Below, one piece after another: positions 12,342-24,300 of a DNA stretch of 64,000 nucleotides. Positions within the stretch are counted from its first letter, which is position 1; each line of letters begins with the position of its first letter. The notes under the pieces were generated by a model. That model was not told the origin of the DNA, searched no databases, and saw only the letters and a list, made by a program, of their open reading frames with translations. Both the position numbers and the translations under genes were made by a program. Origin of the DNA: Stegostoma tigrinum (Eukaryota); NCBI RefSeq assembly GCF_030684315.1, contig NC_081374.1, forward strand, positions 12,264,837 through 12,328,836. Reading direction: 5' to 3'.

Positions 12342-15300
12342 GTAAGATTTTTCTCTTCTATATTTGGAATCACTGCTCTCATTTATGTAGTGTCTTCATC
12401 TTAGAAAATTGGCTCAAACTTCTTAACAAAGAAGGAAAAGAAACATTTTTTTCTGTGTGAAAGGGGAAATTGGGTGTTCTGATCACTAGCTTTGTTGAAG
12501 AGACAGCTTTAAATAGAACCCCTCCCTGCAGTGTGGAAATAGGTTGCTAATCAGAGAAGGAGTTGATGAGGGCAAGGGTTTTAACTGTGGAGTTCCAGAA
12601 AGTTGGACCTAATTGAAAACAGACCTATTAATGGCACAGTGGGAGCGGACGAAGCTAGATTCGGAGAAGTAGAATTCCCTCAGGGAAGGGAACAGTAGTG
12701 TATTGTAGGACATCACAGGAATTTGAGGAGATTGGTACAAGCTATTAAGGAATGTACTAGCCAGAATTGTAACAGAGGAAAGTTCAATTGAAGCATCAAA
12801 GAAGGCACTGGATGGTTATTTGTACAAAAGTCATGTGCAAGAATATGGAGAAAAACAGGAGATTTGGCACAAGGTAATGATTCTCATTTGAAGAGTTAGT
12901 TCAAGTACAGTGAGTGAATAATACTGTTGTATCAGTGATAATGGGAACTGCAGATGCTGTAGAATCCAAGATAACAAAGTGTGGAGCTGGATGAACACAG
13001 CAGGCCAAGCAGCTCCTGCGATGCTACTTGGCCTACTGTGTTCATCCAGCTCTACACTTTGTTATCTAGAATAATACTGTTATTCTGTTGTGTAATCAAA
13101 AGGACCACTGAACAAAACACATATCCTGCCTTCCAGGGGAAGAACCATTTGAATAATTGTAGTAACCAGAACAGTCAATGTTAAAACCAAGCAGAAGCTT
13201 CCTTCATCACTTGAAGTCATCATGATAGCTCTATAGATCAATCTCATAATCATTTATAGGCAGTACCTCTATGGATTTGGAGTGATGCACTAAATTGCAC
13301 AAAGCCCTTATTGACTGGCTTCTGATCCTTGCTAGATTCATCCCAGATGGGTTCCATGTCTCATTTCTCAAGCCGCATTAGCCTTGTTGCTCTTAGAACT
13401 GATTTTTGGGTTCCTGATGTCCAAAGAACAAAAACAGAGGACTAATGGGCATTTCTTTGTTATTAGGTGCAAGGGATAGACACATGGCAGATGCAATATA
13501 CTGTAGATAAGTGTGAATTAATGCACTTGGAGAGAAGAACAATACCAATGAGGAGGAACACAATAACCTGAATAGAACTACTGAGGGGGTGGGGGTGTGC
13601 ATGACCTAAGGATCCTGGGGGGGTGCCCATTCATTCAGGCAGCAGAGCAAGTTGACAAAGCAGTTAGGGATTCTTGGATGTGTAAATAGTCACACTGAAC
13701 AGAAAAAGAGAAAACCATGCTAAACCTTTACTGGGCAGATGATATGCTTCAGCTGAAGAACTGTGTTAAATTCTGGGACCACACTTTAGGAGCGTCAAGG
13801 AGCGGACCAAGGCACAGACATTCACCAGGTTGATATCAGGGGTGATGGTGGTTGTTTATGTGAAGAGATTAGAGAAGCTTGTCTTCTGTAGAGAGGTTGA
13901 GCAATTTAAGCCTGCCCCGTCTGGAGTTTAGAATAATGAGAGGAGATCTAGTTAGCAAAGTAGACAGAGAAAGGATTTTTCATTTGGGCAATGTAGAATG
14001 AGGGGTCATTTTTTTAAGATAGAGAGTAGCAAATTTAAAACAGAAGTGAGGAAAAATTATTCCTCTCAAATGGTTGTGAACCTGTGGCCGAACCCAAAGC
14101 AAGGTGGATCCCCGAGCATTGAATAAATTTAAGGAGAATGACAGAGTTTTAATTAGTAACGAGTTGAAGTCTCATGGAGAGCAAGCCAGAAAGTAGATCC
14201 GAGGCCAAGATGAGATCAGCCATGATCGTGTTCAATGGCGTTTCAGGCCCAAGGGGCTGAATGGTCTATTCCTGCTCCAAGTTCTTACGTTCTTAAATTC
14301 GATTGTTGTTCTTTAGTGCAGGTTAGGGGAAACTGATCCAGGTACTGAAAACTAGAAAGGATTTTGATGCAGCAAGTAGGGAAAAATATGTCATTTGGCA
14401 AGTAGATTTGTAACCAGTGATTTAAAATTATCAGTTTAAACATTAGTGGAGAAATGAGGAGGAATTATTTCGTAGAGAAGATTGTTGGGATCTGGATTGC
14501 ATTTCCTGAAGTAGTAAGGAAGTCAGATTCCACAGAAATGTTCAAAAGGCATTTGGATACCTATTTGAAGATGAGGGTTATAGAGGAATCCAGGCGTGGA
14601 TTAATTTGACCAGCTCTTTAAGGAGTTGCCGTACACACAAAAGGCCAAATGACCCCTGCTTTGCTCTAAGATTTGATGATTCCATTCTCTTCCAGCACCT
14701 TTACTTCTTCCCCTTGGTGAAATGTTTGCTGTTGTTTTTTGTGACTTTTAAAAACAATTGTCTAAAATTGATTGTTGTAATACAATTCTCACTTATTTGT
14801 AACATTTCATACAATAGCTTCATGGACAGAAATCACATGGACAGTGTTGAAAGCTGCAGCAGGGAAAAATATCACTGTCAAATTCCCGTGGAAATGGAAT
14901 CAAAGAGATGTTGCAATCTGGTGTAAAACATATTCGGAAACTCGCTGCAATGTTATAGCAAGCTTTAAGAAGGGTATGAACAAAAGTTTTCAAAGTAAAA
15001 CATCCATCTCTGAAGCACATGGGTCAATTTTTATTACCATGCAACCTCTTTGGAAGAATGATACAGGAACATACTGGTGGGGAGCAGCAGATCAACAGTC
15101 CATCATTGTTTCAGATGGTACATTATTGAAGGTTTTTACAGGTAAGAGTATTTCAGAAGATTATAAGGCTGCTAATGTCATCTGGCTGCAGTAACACTAG
15201 GCCTACTAAACTTCAGGGTGGTGCTATCAAGTCAAGGCTGATCCCCTCAGAACTAAAACCGTAAGACTCAAAGAAGAGCACTTTGCCCTATGACCTGTAA

Positions 15301-18300
15301 AAGGGAGTGTGAGGTGTAACTACCTCTTAGCAACTTCTAGCGGTTAAATAAAACAAATCCCAGGCACCCACTTTAAAATCAACAAGTCGCAATATATTTA
15401 CCAACTCTAACACTGAACAATTTAACTAAACTATTAACAAATTGAATAAATCCTTTCTGGTACTAACTATTCCTGAATAAAATGAGATTCTAATGGTGTG
15501 CTGTTCCAATAAATTTAAGTCCTACTTATATCAAAAAAAAATTAGGATTTAGTCTCTCAAAGTTACAGCCAGGTTACGGAATGTTCTGTGCCTTCTCCAT
15601 TGATTCTTTTATCAGGAACATTAACCAGTTGTGCCATTGGTACTTTTGTCATTTAGATGGTGCTTTCCCGAAGATATAGAAGGGGCTGTGAGGGCCAGCA
15701 ATTCTCTCTTCGGAGCTGAGGGCTGTTAGCTGTGGCAGGTAGTAGCTAGCACTGCTGTCTTTGTCCACTGCCCCCTCCTTTTTATACCCTTGATGACATA
15801 TCAATATTCCTTACAATAAGGTTGGTCCTATGTTGTCAAAACCAAGAGATTTAAATTTGAGATAACAAAGTGTGGAGCTGGATGAACACAGCAGGCCAAG
15901 CAGCATCTTAGGAGCACCAAAGCTGACGTTTCGGGCCTAGACCCTTCATCAGAAAAGGGTCTAGGCCCGAAACGTCAGCTTCTGTGCTCCTAAGATGCTG
16001 CTTGGCCTGCTGTGTTCATCCAGCTCCACACTTTGTTCTCTGTATACTTGCAAACCTTTGAGCTGCTGTACACAGACATCTACTTTAAATTTCTAAGTAC
16101 AGAAAAAACACATGATCTTGTAAAGAGATCATGCAATGCTTCCAACCCCCACCATTCACCTAGCATTTTACAAACATCAAATTCTAACTACATGCCTCCC
16201 AATTCACAAGTACTTTATCCAACTTCACAACACTGATGTGCTACAGAATATGAAAAGATCAACACAGGTCCCTGTATCCAAACGTTTCTGCAAAATTGTG
16301 TGACTAAACAACTTTGAGTAGGTGACCATCTCACTGATGTTGGCGTAAGACACTGCTACCATAGGATTCATACATGAAGGGTTTTGGTCAAAGATATGTT
16401 CAATTTTGTTGAACAACAAGTAGGTTTATTACATATTGCTTAATAGCTAGTTACATTGCATCTATGATACCTGATGGTCTCCTGTGAGAAATTAGCCTCA
16501 ACTTGAGAGTGAGCACACTTTACTGCCACTGAAACATTCTGGTACACAACTTAAAATAAGTGATCGACTCCATATCTGGTGTGGTAACCTAAAACAAGAA
16601 CTAGCCTGCTCCTCCCAGAAACAGTCCTTTAAGCATTTTCATTGGAGTTATGGAGAACAAGAAGGAATTACCAAACTTGGACAAACATATCTCCTAGGTA
16701 TAGTGGAAAATATACACAATTAAAAATGTAACATGAACAACAAAGAACACAAGAGCTTTCAATGCTCACACTGGGCTCTATGTCTCTAAAATTCTGTTTG
16801 TATTTCGAAACAGAAAACATTTTTAACATTCTCAAAAGTTACCTCATTTATTTTAGTTTTTTTGTAATTAAAAATATTCAGCTTTTCTTCATTCTTTAGT
16901 TTTAATGACTTTCTTTTTCACATTTACCAACAGATTCAGAGGAATCCATCCCAACAGAGATCAATAATGTAATGGAAAATACCACAACTGTTTCGTGTCT
17001 GTACACACAACAGGAGGAGATAGACTATAAGAAATTCTTTTGTAAAGTAACCTCTGTAAATAAGTGCACTGTTATCGCCGATTCAAACAAAAATATAGGA
17101 AACGAGTATAAAGGGAGAGTTTCAATCATGACAAACAAGTCTCAAAATTTTACAATCACCATGAGTAATACAAGTAAAGCAGATGAAGGACAGTACTGGT
17201 GTGGATCAGTAAAAATAGATGACGTAAAGATCACACAGGTTAAAAACCTGACAATTGCTAGTGGTAAGAATCAACTTGTAATTATTATAATTCAGTTGGT
17301 CATCCATAGCACTTGACAGAATAGACACACTTGGTCACTACCAGTGTTCATGCTTCACAAGCACCTTCTCCAGCCCCATGTCATTTCACCCTTACAACAC
17401 GTCCTTCTATTACTCCACTATATCTCAATGTGTTTCCTTCACTACCCGTTCTTGCCTCAAGGACGTCCTGTATGAATAAGTTCAGTATTTTGCAACTTCC
17501 ACATTCTGATCATTCTCCAGGTAAAGAATATTCTGCCTGAAGTTCTTATTGAATATTTAGTGACTATTTTAGATTAAAGACGTCCAGATTTTGCCTCCAC
17601 TGTAAATGTGGACATCCCTGCTTTTCTCGTTCACAGGGACATGGGTAAGGCCAGGTTTTATTGTCCATCCCAAATCACTCTTGAGAAGGTGATGTTGCTA
17701 TCTTCTTGACCACTGCTGTCACATGAGGTAGGAACACCTCCTCAAAGGGTGGAGTTGTTAGGGACAGAGTTCTTGGATCTTAATCAGTGACAGTCAAGGG
17801 TGTAACCCTAAATCTTGATAGGATGCTAAACATTCACGTACCCTAGACTTCAGTTAAATTATTATTTGCTGTAATATATAACACATAGCAAATGAATCAG
17901 TATCTGAAATTAGATATAAAACAGACATTGTAATTACTTTCAAATAATACCCGTTCAGGACGAGCAATCCATGTCCCTGGTTAATTACTCTTTCTTCCAG
18001 TTCTTGGCCCAGTGCCGTATATCACTCCAGTCATGGAAGAAGGAGGGAAAAGATATTGAGGCAGATTTGTGGTAAATTCACCCACATTTTTGAATGGATC
18101 CTCAAGTGCCACACTGGACAGTGAGGTGTACTGTCGCATTTCCATGCACAAGAGGCAAAGTTTGCAGAGGGTGTGGTCATGGCCAGGTGATTTCAGCCAC
18201 TCTGGGTGGGATCTTCCCTGCTCTGCATGGTGGTGATTGGGGTGGTAGGGGAGGGGCATGCAGAGAGCTTTGGTTCAAGTCACCTCTGACTGCTGTCCCA

Positions 18301-21300
18301 CCTTCTGGATGAATTTCCCTGGGCAGGACCCCATAGGAATCATCTACCCACTTCCGTGGGGCTATAAATAATAATGAAGCCAACTAGGAGTTGACAGAGC
18401 AGGTATTTTCAAAAGCCAGTGGCATTTTTCTTGGTGCTGGACCATCCCATTCTCCATGAACCAGTGAGGCACAGGTCCAGCAACTATGTGCAGTTGATCT
18501 CCAAATGACAGGCCTTGAGGCTATGACAGTCTCCACCCAATCCCTAATTCATGGAAACAAATAGATATAAGAGCCACTTTTACAGCACTAATTCCCCTCC
18601 CCTCTGAGGGCCCTGACAGATGTAGACTTCCTTTATTTTTAAATTCCCCCAAGGGCTGCTAGGAACTTCTCCATTTCACACTGCCCTAACATTACCCGCT
18701 GCCTTTCCTCCCACTGGCTCTCCCTCAAATCCAACTCTCCATCATTTCCTTTTCACAAGATTTCATGACCCTATAAAGACAAAGACATTCATTCAACCAA
18801 TTCTTGTTTACCATCCTGAATTTGAGCAATTGCCTTAAGAAATCTTAAACAGCTGGTGTTCAGAATTACTGAATATATTCCCCCTCCACCAATTGCCTTC
18901 AGGAATCTTAAACAGCTAGTGTTCAGAATTACTGAATATATTCCCCCTCCACCAGTGAACCTCCCATACCACTCAACATACCCCCCTCCCTCCACTTCAT
19001 CCTCACCAGTCATCATTCCCCTTCCTCTCCTCCTGTATCCCTCCAAAACAGAACCCTTCCATTCACCTGCACCAGTCACTACCCTCCTCTGCTTCATTCC
19101 CAAAACCAAATAAACCGCTCCCTCTTGCCACACAACTGCCAAACATCCCCCCCTCCCATCCACCCCCAATCAACCTCTACGGTGCTTTCTTTGGTCGTGT
19201 TAGAAGGAGCAAAGTTATGCTTGTATTGTTGATGGTTTTCTGTTATTCATCCAGTTATTCATTCATGTTTCTTTGCAACAGAGGGGATTCCAGCAGTTTC
19301 CATTGACACCCCAAGGTAACATTTTAATAGTTTTCTTAGAATAATCATTTTTGGGTCATTCTGATTGAAGTTGATGTATACTTCCGGTCTCTTGACCATA
19401 CACAGCGATGTTAGGTAATAAAAACGGGCTCTTACCCTTTTTGGTGCCATATCTTTCCTCACGATACTGCTCCTAATTGTTTTTCCTTAATTAATACCAC
19501 TGTCAAAGGCAGGTAGCAAAGTTTACATAGGTCATGGCAGCAATCATTCAACTGATAATAAGCTTTGTATTCCCCCTTATTTCTCATTTCTGTTCACTGT
19601 GAGAAAGCTGCACTTCACCCTAGTGCATTATTCGTTCACAAGCTGTGGGCATCATGGACAAGGCCAGCATTTATTTCCCAGCCTTCACTGACCTTGAGAA
19701 GGTAGCAGTGAGCCACACTCTTGAGCTGTTGCAGCCCACATGGTGTCAGTACTTCCCACAATTTTATTATGGAAGGGAGCTCCAGGATTTTGAAGGAATA
19801 TAATTCAGTGTCAAGATGGTGCATGTCATGGAGGGAAAGAGGCAGATGGTGGTGCTGCCTTTATCTTTAGAAGGGGTAGACGTTATGGGTTTGGAAGGTA
19901 CTGCTAAAGAAATTTTTACAGGTTGCTGCAGTGCATCTTCATGAGAGAGGTAGAGGCACAGGAATGTAACGCATCTTCCAATTCAGAGATAATTAGGTTT
20001 AAAACCAATTCCTCTATCTAGTTTACATCCAAAAAGTGTTTGTACATTTTTGCATTGTTCTATTGAGTCCTCAAAGCTTTAATTTTATCAGTTCTGCTTC
20101 ATTTTCTTTTAGCAATATCACTCCGCAAAAATGGTACATCATCCTTGCTGTTTTGTTGGGACTGTTAATCTTATCGCTGCTGATTCTGTTTACGTGGAAA
20201 AGAAAAGTGACAAAACGAGCAGGAAATGAGGGTATGTAGCCAAGGAAATATTTTTCTGCAATAAATCAGCATGTAAAATCAGAAACTGATTCCTGAACAG
20301 ACAATAGTAAAATGTTGATATAATATTGAAAATACTTACAATCCAATCAGAAACAAATAGGGCAAAATTGTCACTGTTCTACACAAGTGATTTGGGAAGT
20401 AGGACCAGGAGCAAAGGTACAAAGTAGTGTGTAGGTTTGGCTACCAGAATCCTACCCGCCTCAGAGTGCTCTTGCACAAGGTGGGTTAATGTGGCAGAAG
20501 CTATCACCACATACGTAACTTATACTCAAGTAGGACCATTAGAGTGACAACCTGGCAAGTCTAACTTAAGTATATTTTTGACCTAGGTCCAAGAGCAACA
20601 GGTTACTGAAGAACAGCTCCTGGAGCTAATGCTGAGGGCCATCGATACCTCCAGTCATTTAACCCACTGGGATGTTTGGACTCAGTTTGTGCTATTTGCT
20701 TACAACGACAATTAAATGGCGAAATTACTTCTCCAAAGTCTGACCTGTTGCAATCATTTATTAGGCTTCTTGTGCATAATGTGTCCAACTTCTTGGCCAG
20801 GAGGCTTGGGTTCAAAGATGCATACTAACATCTTTCATCATCATTGTATCAAAATTCTGGAACTCCCTTCCTTTCAGCTCTGTGGAGTACGTACTCTAAA
20901 TGAGTTGCAGTAAGTCAAGAAGACGCGTTCTCCAGGCACACAGGGATGCTCATGGAATGTTGGCCTCACATCCCATGAACAAATATTCTCAGACAACAGT
21001 GACATGGTGCCAAATCAGGATGCCGTTGTAGGTTGGAGGGTAACTTGAAGGTGGTACTATTCTGGTGCAAGACCACCTTTGTCCTTGTGAATGGTAGAGG
21101 TTATGGATTTGGAAGGTGCTGTTAACGGTGATGTGGAATAGCTTGTCAGTGCAACTTATAGCTGATACACAGTTTGCTGGAAAAGATGGGAGTGAACATT
21201 TAAAGCTTCAAATGTTTTTACAGTATATAATCTCAGAATTATTTCAAAATCCATCATCCACTATCTTTGTTAAACATTTTATAAAGAATGAAATGAGTAA

Positions 21301-24300
21301 AATCAAAACATCTAGAGTAAACTGATGATCGTATATACACTTTAGAAAAACATCTGAAGTAATTTAATTGATTGAAGGCTGAGATTTGGTCTTGCTGATT
21401 TGGATTAAACTCTAGCATGCCTCCATAATTTACAATATAATTTGAATTTCTATCTTGTAAGATATGCATTGCATTGGAAGCAGTGAAGTGCTTGCATGCC
21501 TCAGAGTTGTCACACAATGTTTTCAGAAACAGGTTACCAACATTAGCAGATGAAATTAGCGGAGTTGAAATTATCAAGTTGAAAGACAGAGCAAACCAAA
21601 AATTTTCCTTAACATCTTGAAGGAAGTGGTTTACCATCATACAGCTCGGAAATAGCAAGTAATTGGGGCTTCCTGTAGTAGGTTAGAAGAACGTGGTTGG
21701 CTTGATGCGAGTGGCTGAGCGTAAGTGTGAAAGAGAGTGAGAGATTGAGGTTTTTGTAGTGGTTTATATTTCAAACTGGAATAAATCAAAACTATTGTGG
21801 CAAGAATGAATGAAAGTAACCTTGTTGGAAGTGAATCATTTCTTATTTACTTTGCAGCTAAAAATGAAAATCCAGAAATCCCAGACATGACTAGAAAGGT
21901 AAGAATAGAAGGTATCTAAAACTATGGCTATTGTTCCACTTATCTCACAATTACGCTCTGAAGCATTACATTTATTGGGTGTTGAAAACCGCCATCTCCA
22001 ATTCCCCTCCAAATCATACACCATCCTGATGTGCAACTATATTGCTGCTTATTCACTGCTACTGGATTAAACCTAGAAACTCACTTCCTAACTGCACTGT
22101 GGATGTATCCACGTCTGAAAGACTGCAGCAATTCAAATCAATCAGCTCACCATTATATTCTCAAGGGCAATAAAAGATAGGCAATAAATGCTGGTCTAAG
22201 CATCTGATGACAGAATAGAAATTGAATTTTGACAAGATACTCCAGTGATAGACTCTAATAAGGTTCAACGTCATGGGATTAAAGGAAAAATTGAAGTAAA
22301 TGTGGAATTACTCTCATCCTCATAGACATACAGGCAAGCGTTGCAGCAAGAGGTTCTGCTCAGAGAAGTTGACTTGAATCTCGACAGTCTGTCTAGCATT
22401 GGTTCACCCTTAATTCAGTTAGGGAAGGAATTCGAGTATTTGTCCCAGTGCCAGTGAAGGGATATGTTCCAAAACAGGATGGTGTGAGCCTTGGAGGTGA
22501 ACCTGCATCTGATGCAGTTTAATTTCTAGGTGGTAGGCTGCTGATTTGGAAGCAGCTATTAGACCATAAGACGTAGGAGTGGAAGTAAGGCCATTCGGCC
22601 CATCAAGTCCACTTCGCCATTTAAACCATGGCTGATGGGCATTTCAACTCCACTTCCCTGCACTCTCCCTGTAGCCCTTGATTCCTTCTGAGATCAAGAA
22701 TTTGTTGATCTCTGCCTTGAAGGCATCCAACGTCCCGGCCTCCGCTGCATTCCGTGGCAATGAATTCCACAAGCCCACCACTCTCTGGCTGAAGAAATGT
22801 CGTCTCATTTCAGTTTTAAATTTACCCCCTCTAATTTTAAGGTTGTGCCCATGGATCCTAGTCTCCCCCCGCTAACGGAAACAACTTCCTAGCATCCACC
22901 CCTTCTAAACCATACATTATCTTGTAAGTTTCTATTAGATCTCCCCTCAACCTTACATGAGTACAATCCCAGGATCCTTAGCCATTCATCATACATTAAA
23001 CCTACCATTCCAGGGATCATCCGTGTGAATCTCCGCTGGGCACGCTCCAGGGCTAGTATGTCCTTCCTGAGGTGTGGGGCCCAAAATTGGACACAGTATT
23101 CTAAATGGGGCCTAACTAGAGCTTTATAAAGCCTCAGAAGCACATCGCTGCTTTTATATTCTAACCCTCTTGAGATAAACGACAACATTACATTCGCTTT
23201 CTTAATTACGGACTCTACCTGCAAATTAACCTTTAGAGAATCCTGGACCAACACTCCCAGATCCCTTTGTACTTCTGCTTTGCGAATTTTCTCACCATTT
23301 AGAAAATAGTCCACGCCTGTATTCTTTTTTTCAAAGTGCAAAACCTCACATTTACTCACATTGAATTTCATCAGCCATTTCCTGGACCACTCTCCTGAAC
23401 TGTCTAAAATCTTTCTGCAGCTTTCCTACCTCTTCAGTACTACCTGCCTGTCCACCTATCTTTGTATCATCAGCAAACTTCGCCAGAATGCCCCCAGTCC
23501 CTTCATCCAAGTCATTAATGTATAAGGTGAACAGCTGCAGCCCCAACACTGAACCCTGCAGGACACCACTTGTCACCGGTTGCCATTCCGAAAAGGAGCC
23601 TTTTATCCCAACTCTCTGCCTTTTGTCAGACAGCCAATCCTTAATCCAAGCCAGTAGCTCACCTCGAACACCATGGGCCCTCACCTTGCTCAGCAGCCTC
23701 CCGTGAGGCACTGTATCAAAGGCCTTTTGGAAGTCTAGATAGATAACATCTACTGGGTTTCCCTGGTCTAACATACTTGTTACCTCTTCAAAGAATTCTA
23801 ACAGGTTTGTCAGGCACGACCTCCCCTTAGTAAATCCATACTGACTTGTTCTAATCTGACCCTGCACTTCCAGGAATTTAGAAATCTCGTCCTTGACAAT
23901 GGATTCTAGAATTTTACCAACTACCGAGGTTAGGCTAATCGGCCTGTAATTTTCCATCTTTTGCCTTGATCCTTTCTTAAACAGGGGGAGTTACAACAGC
24001 AATTTTCCAATCATCTGGGACTTTCCCGGACTCCAGTGACTTTTGAAAGATCACGACCAAAGCCTCCGCTATTTCCTCAGCCACCTCCCTCAGAACTCTA
24101 GGATGTAGCCCATCAGGGCCAGGAGTTTTATCAATTTTTAGATCTTTTAGCTTTCTAGCACTTTCTCTTTTGTAATGCCTACCATACTCAACTCTGCCCC
24201 CGGCTTTCCCTAATTGTTGGCATACTACTCATGTCTTCCACTGTGAAGACTGACGCAAAGTACTTATTAAGTTCTTCAGCTATTTCCTTATCTCCCATCA

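Noticed and set aside
15859-16041. Palindromes as miRNA genes, MITEs or CRISPR-like repeats
   Set aside because: The arms are identical to the Penelope 3' terminus and the centres vary between copies; there is no spacer array.
15290-16140. Possible solo LTR in intron 2 of paralogue 2
   Set aside because: LTR-like composition only; I could not define TG...CA ends with a TSD.
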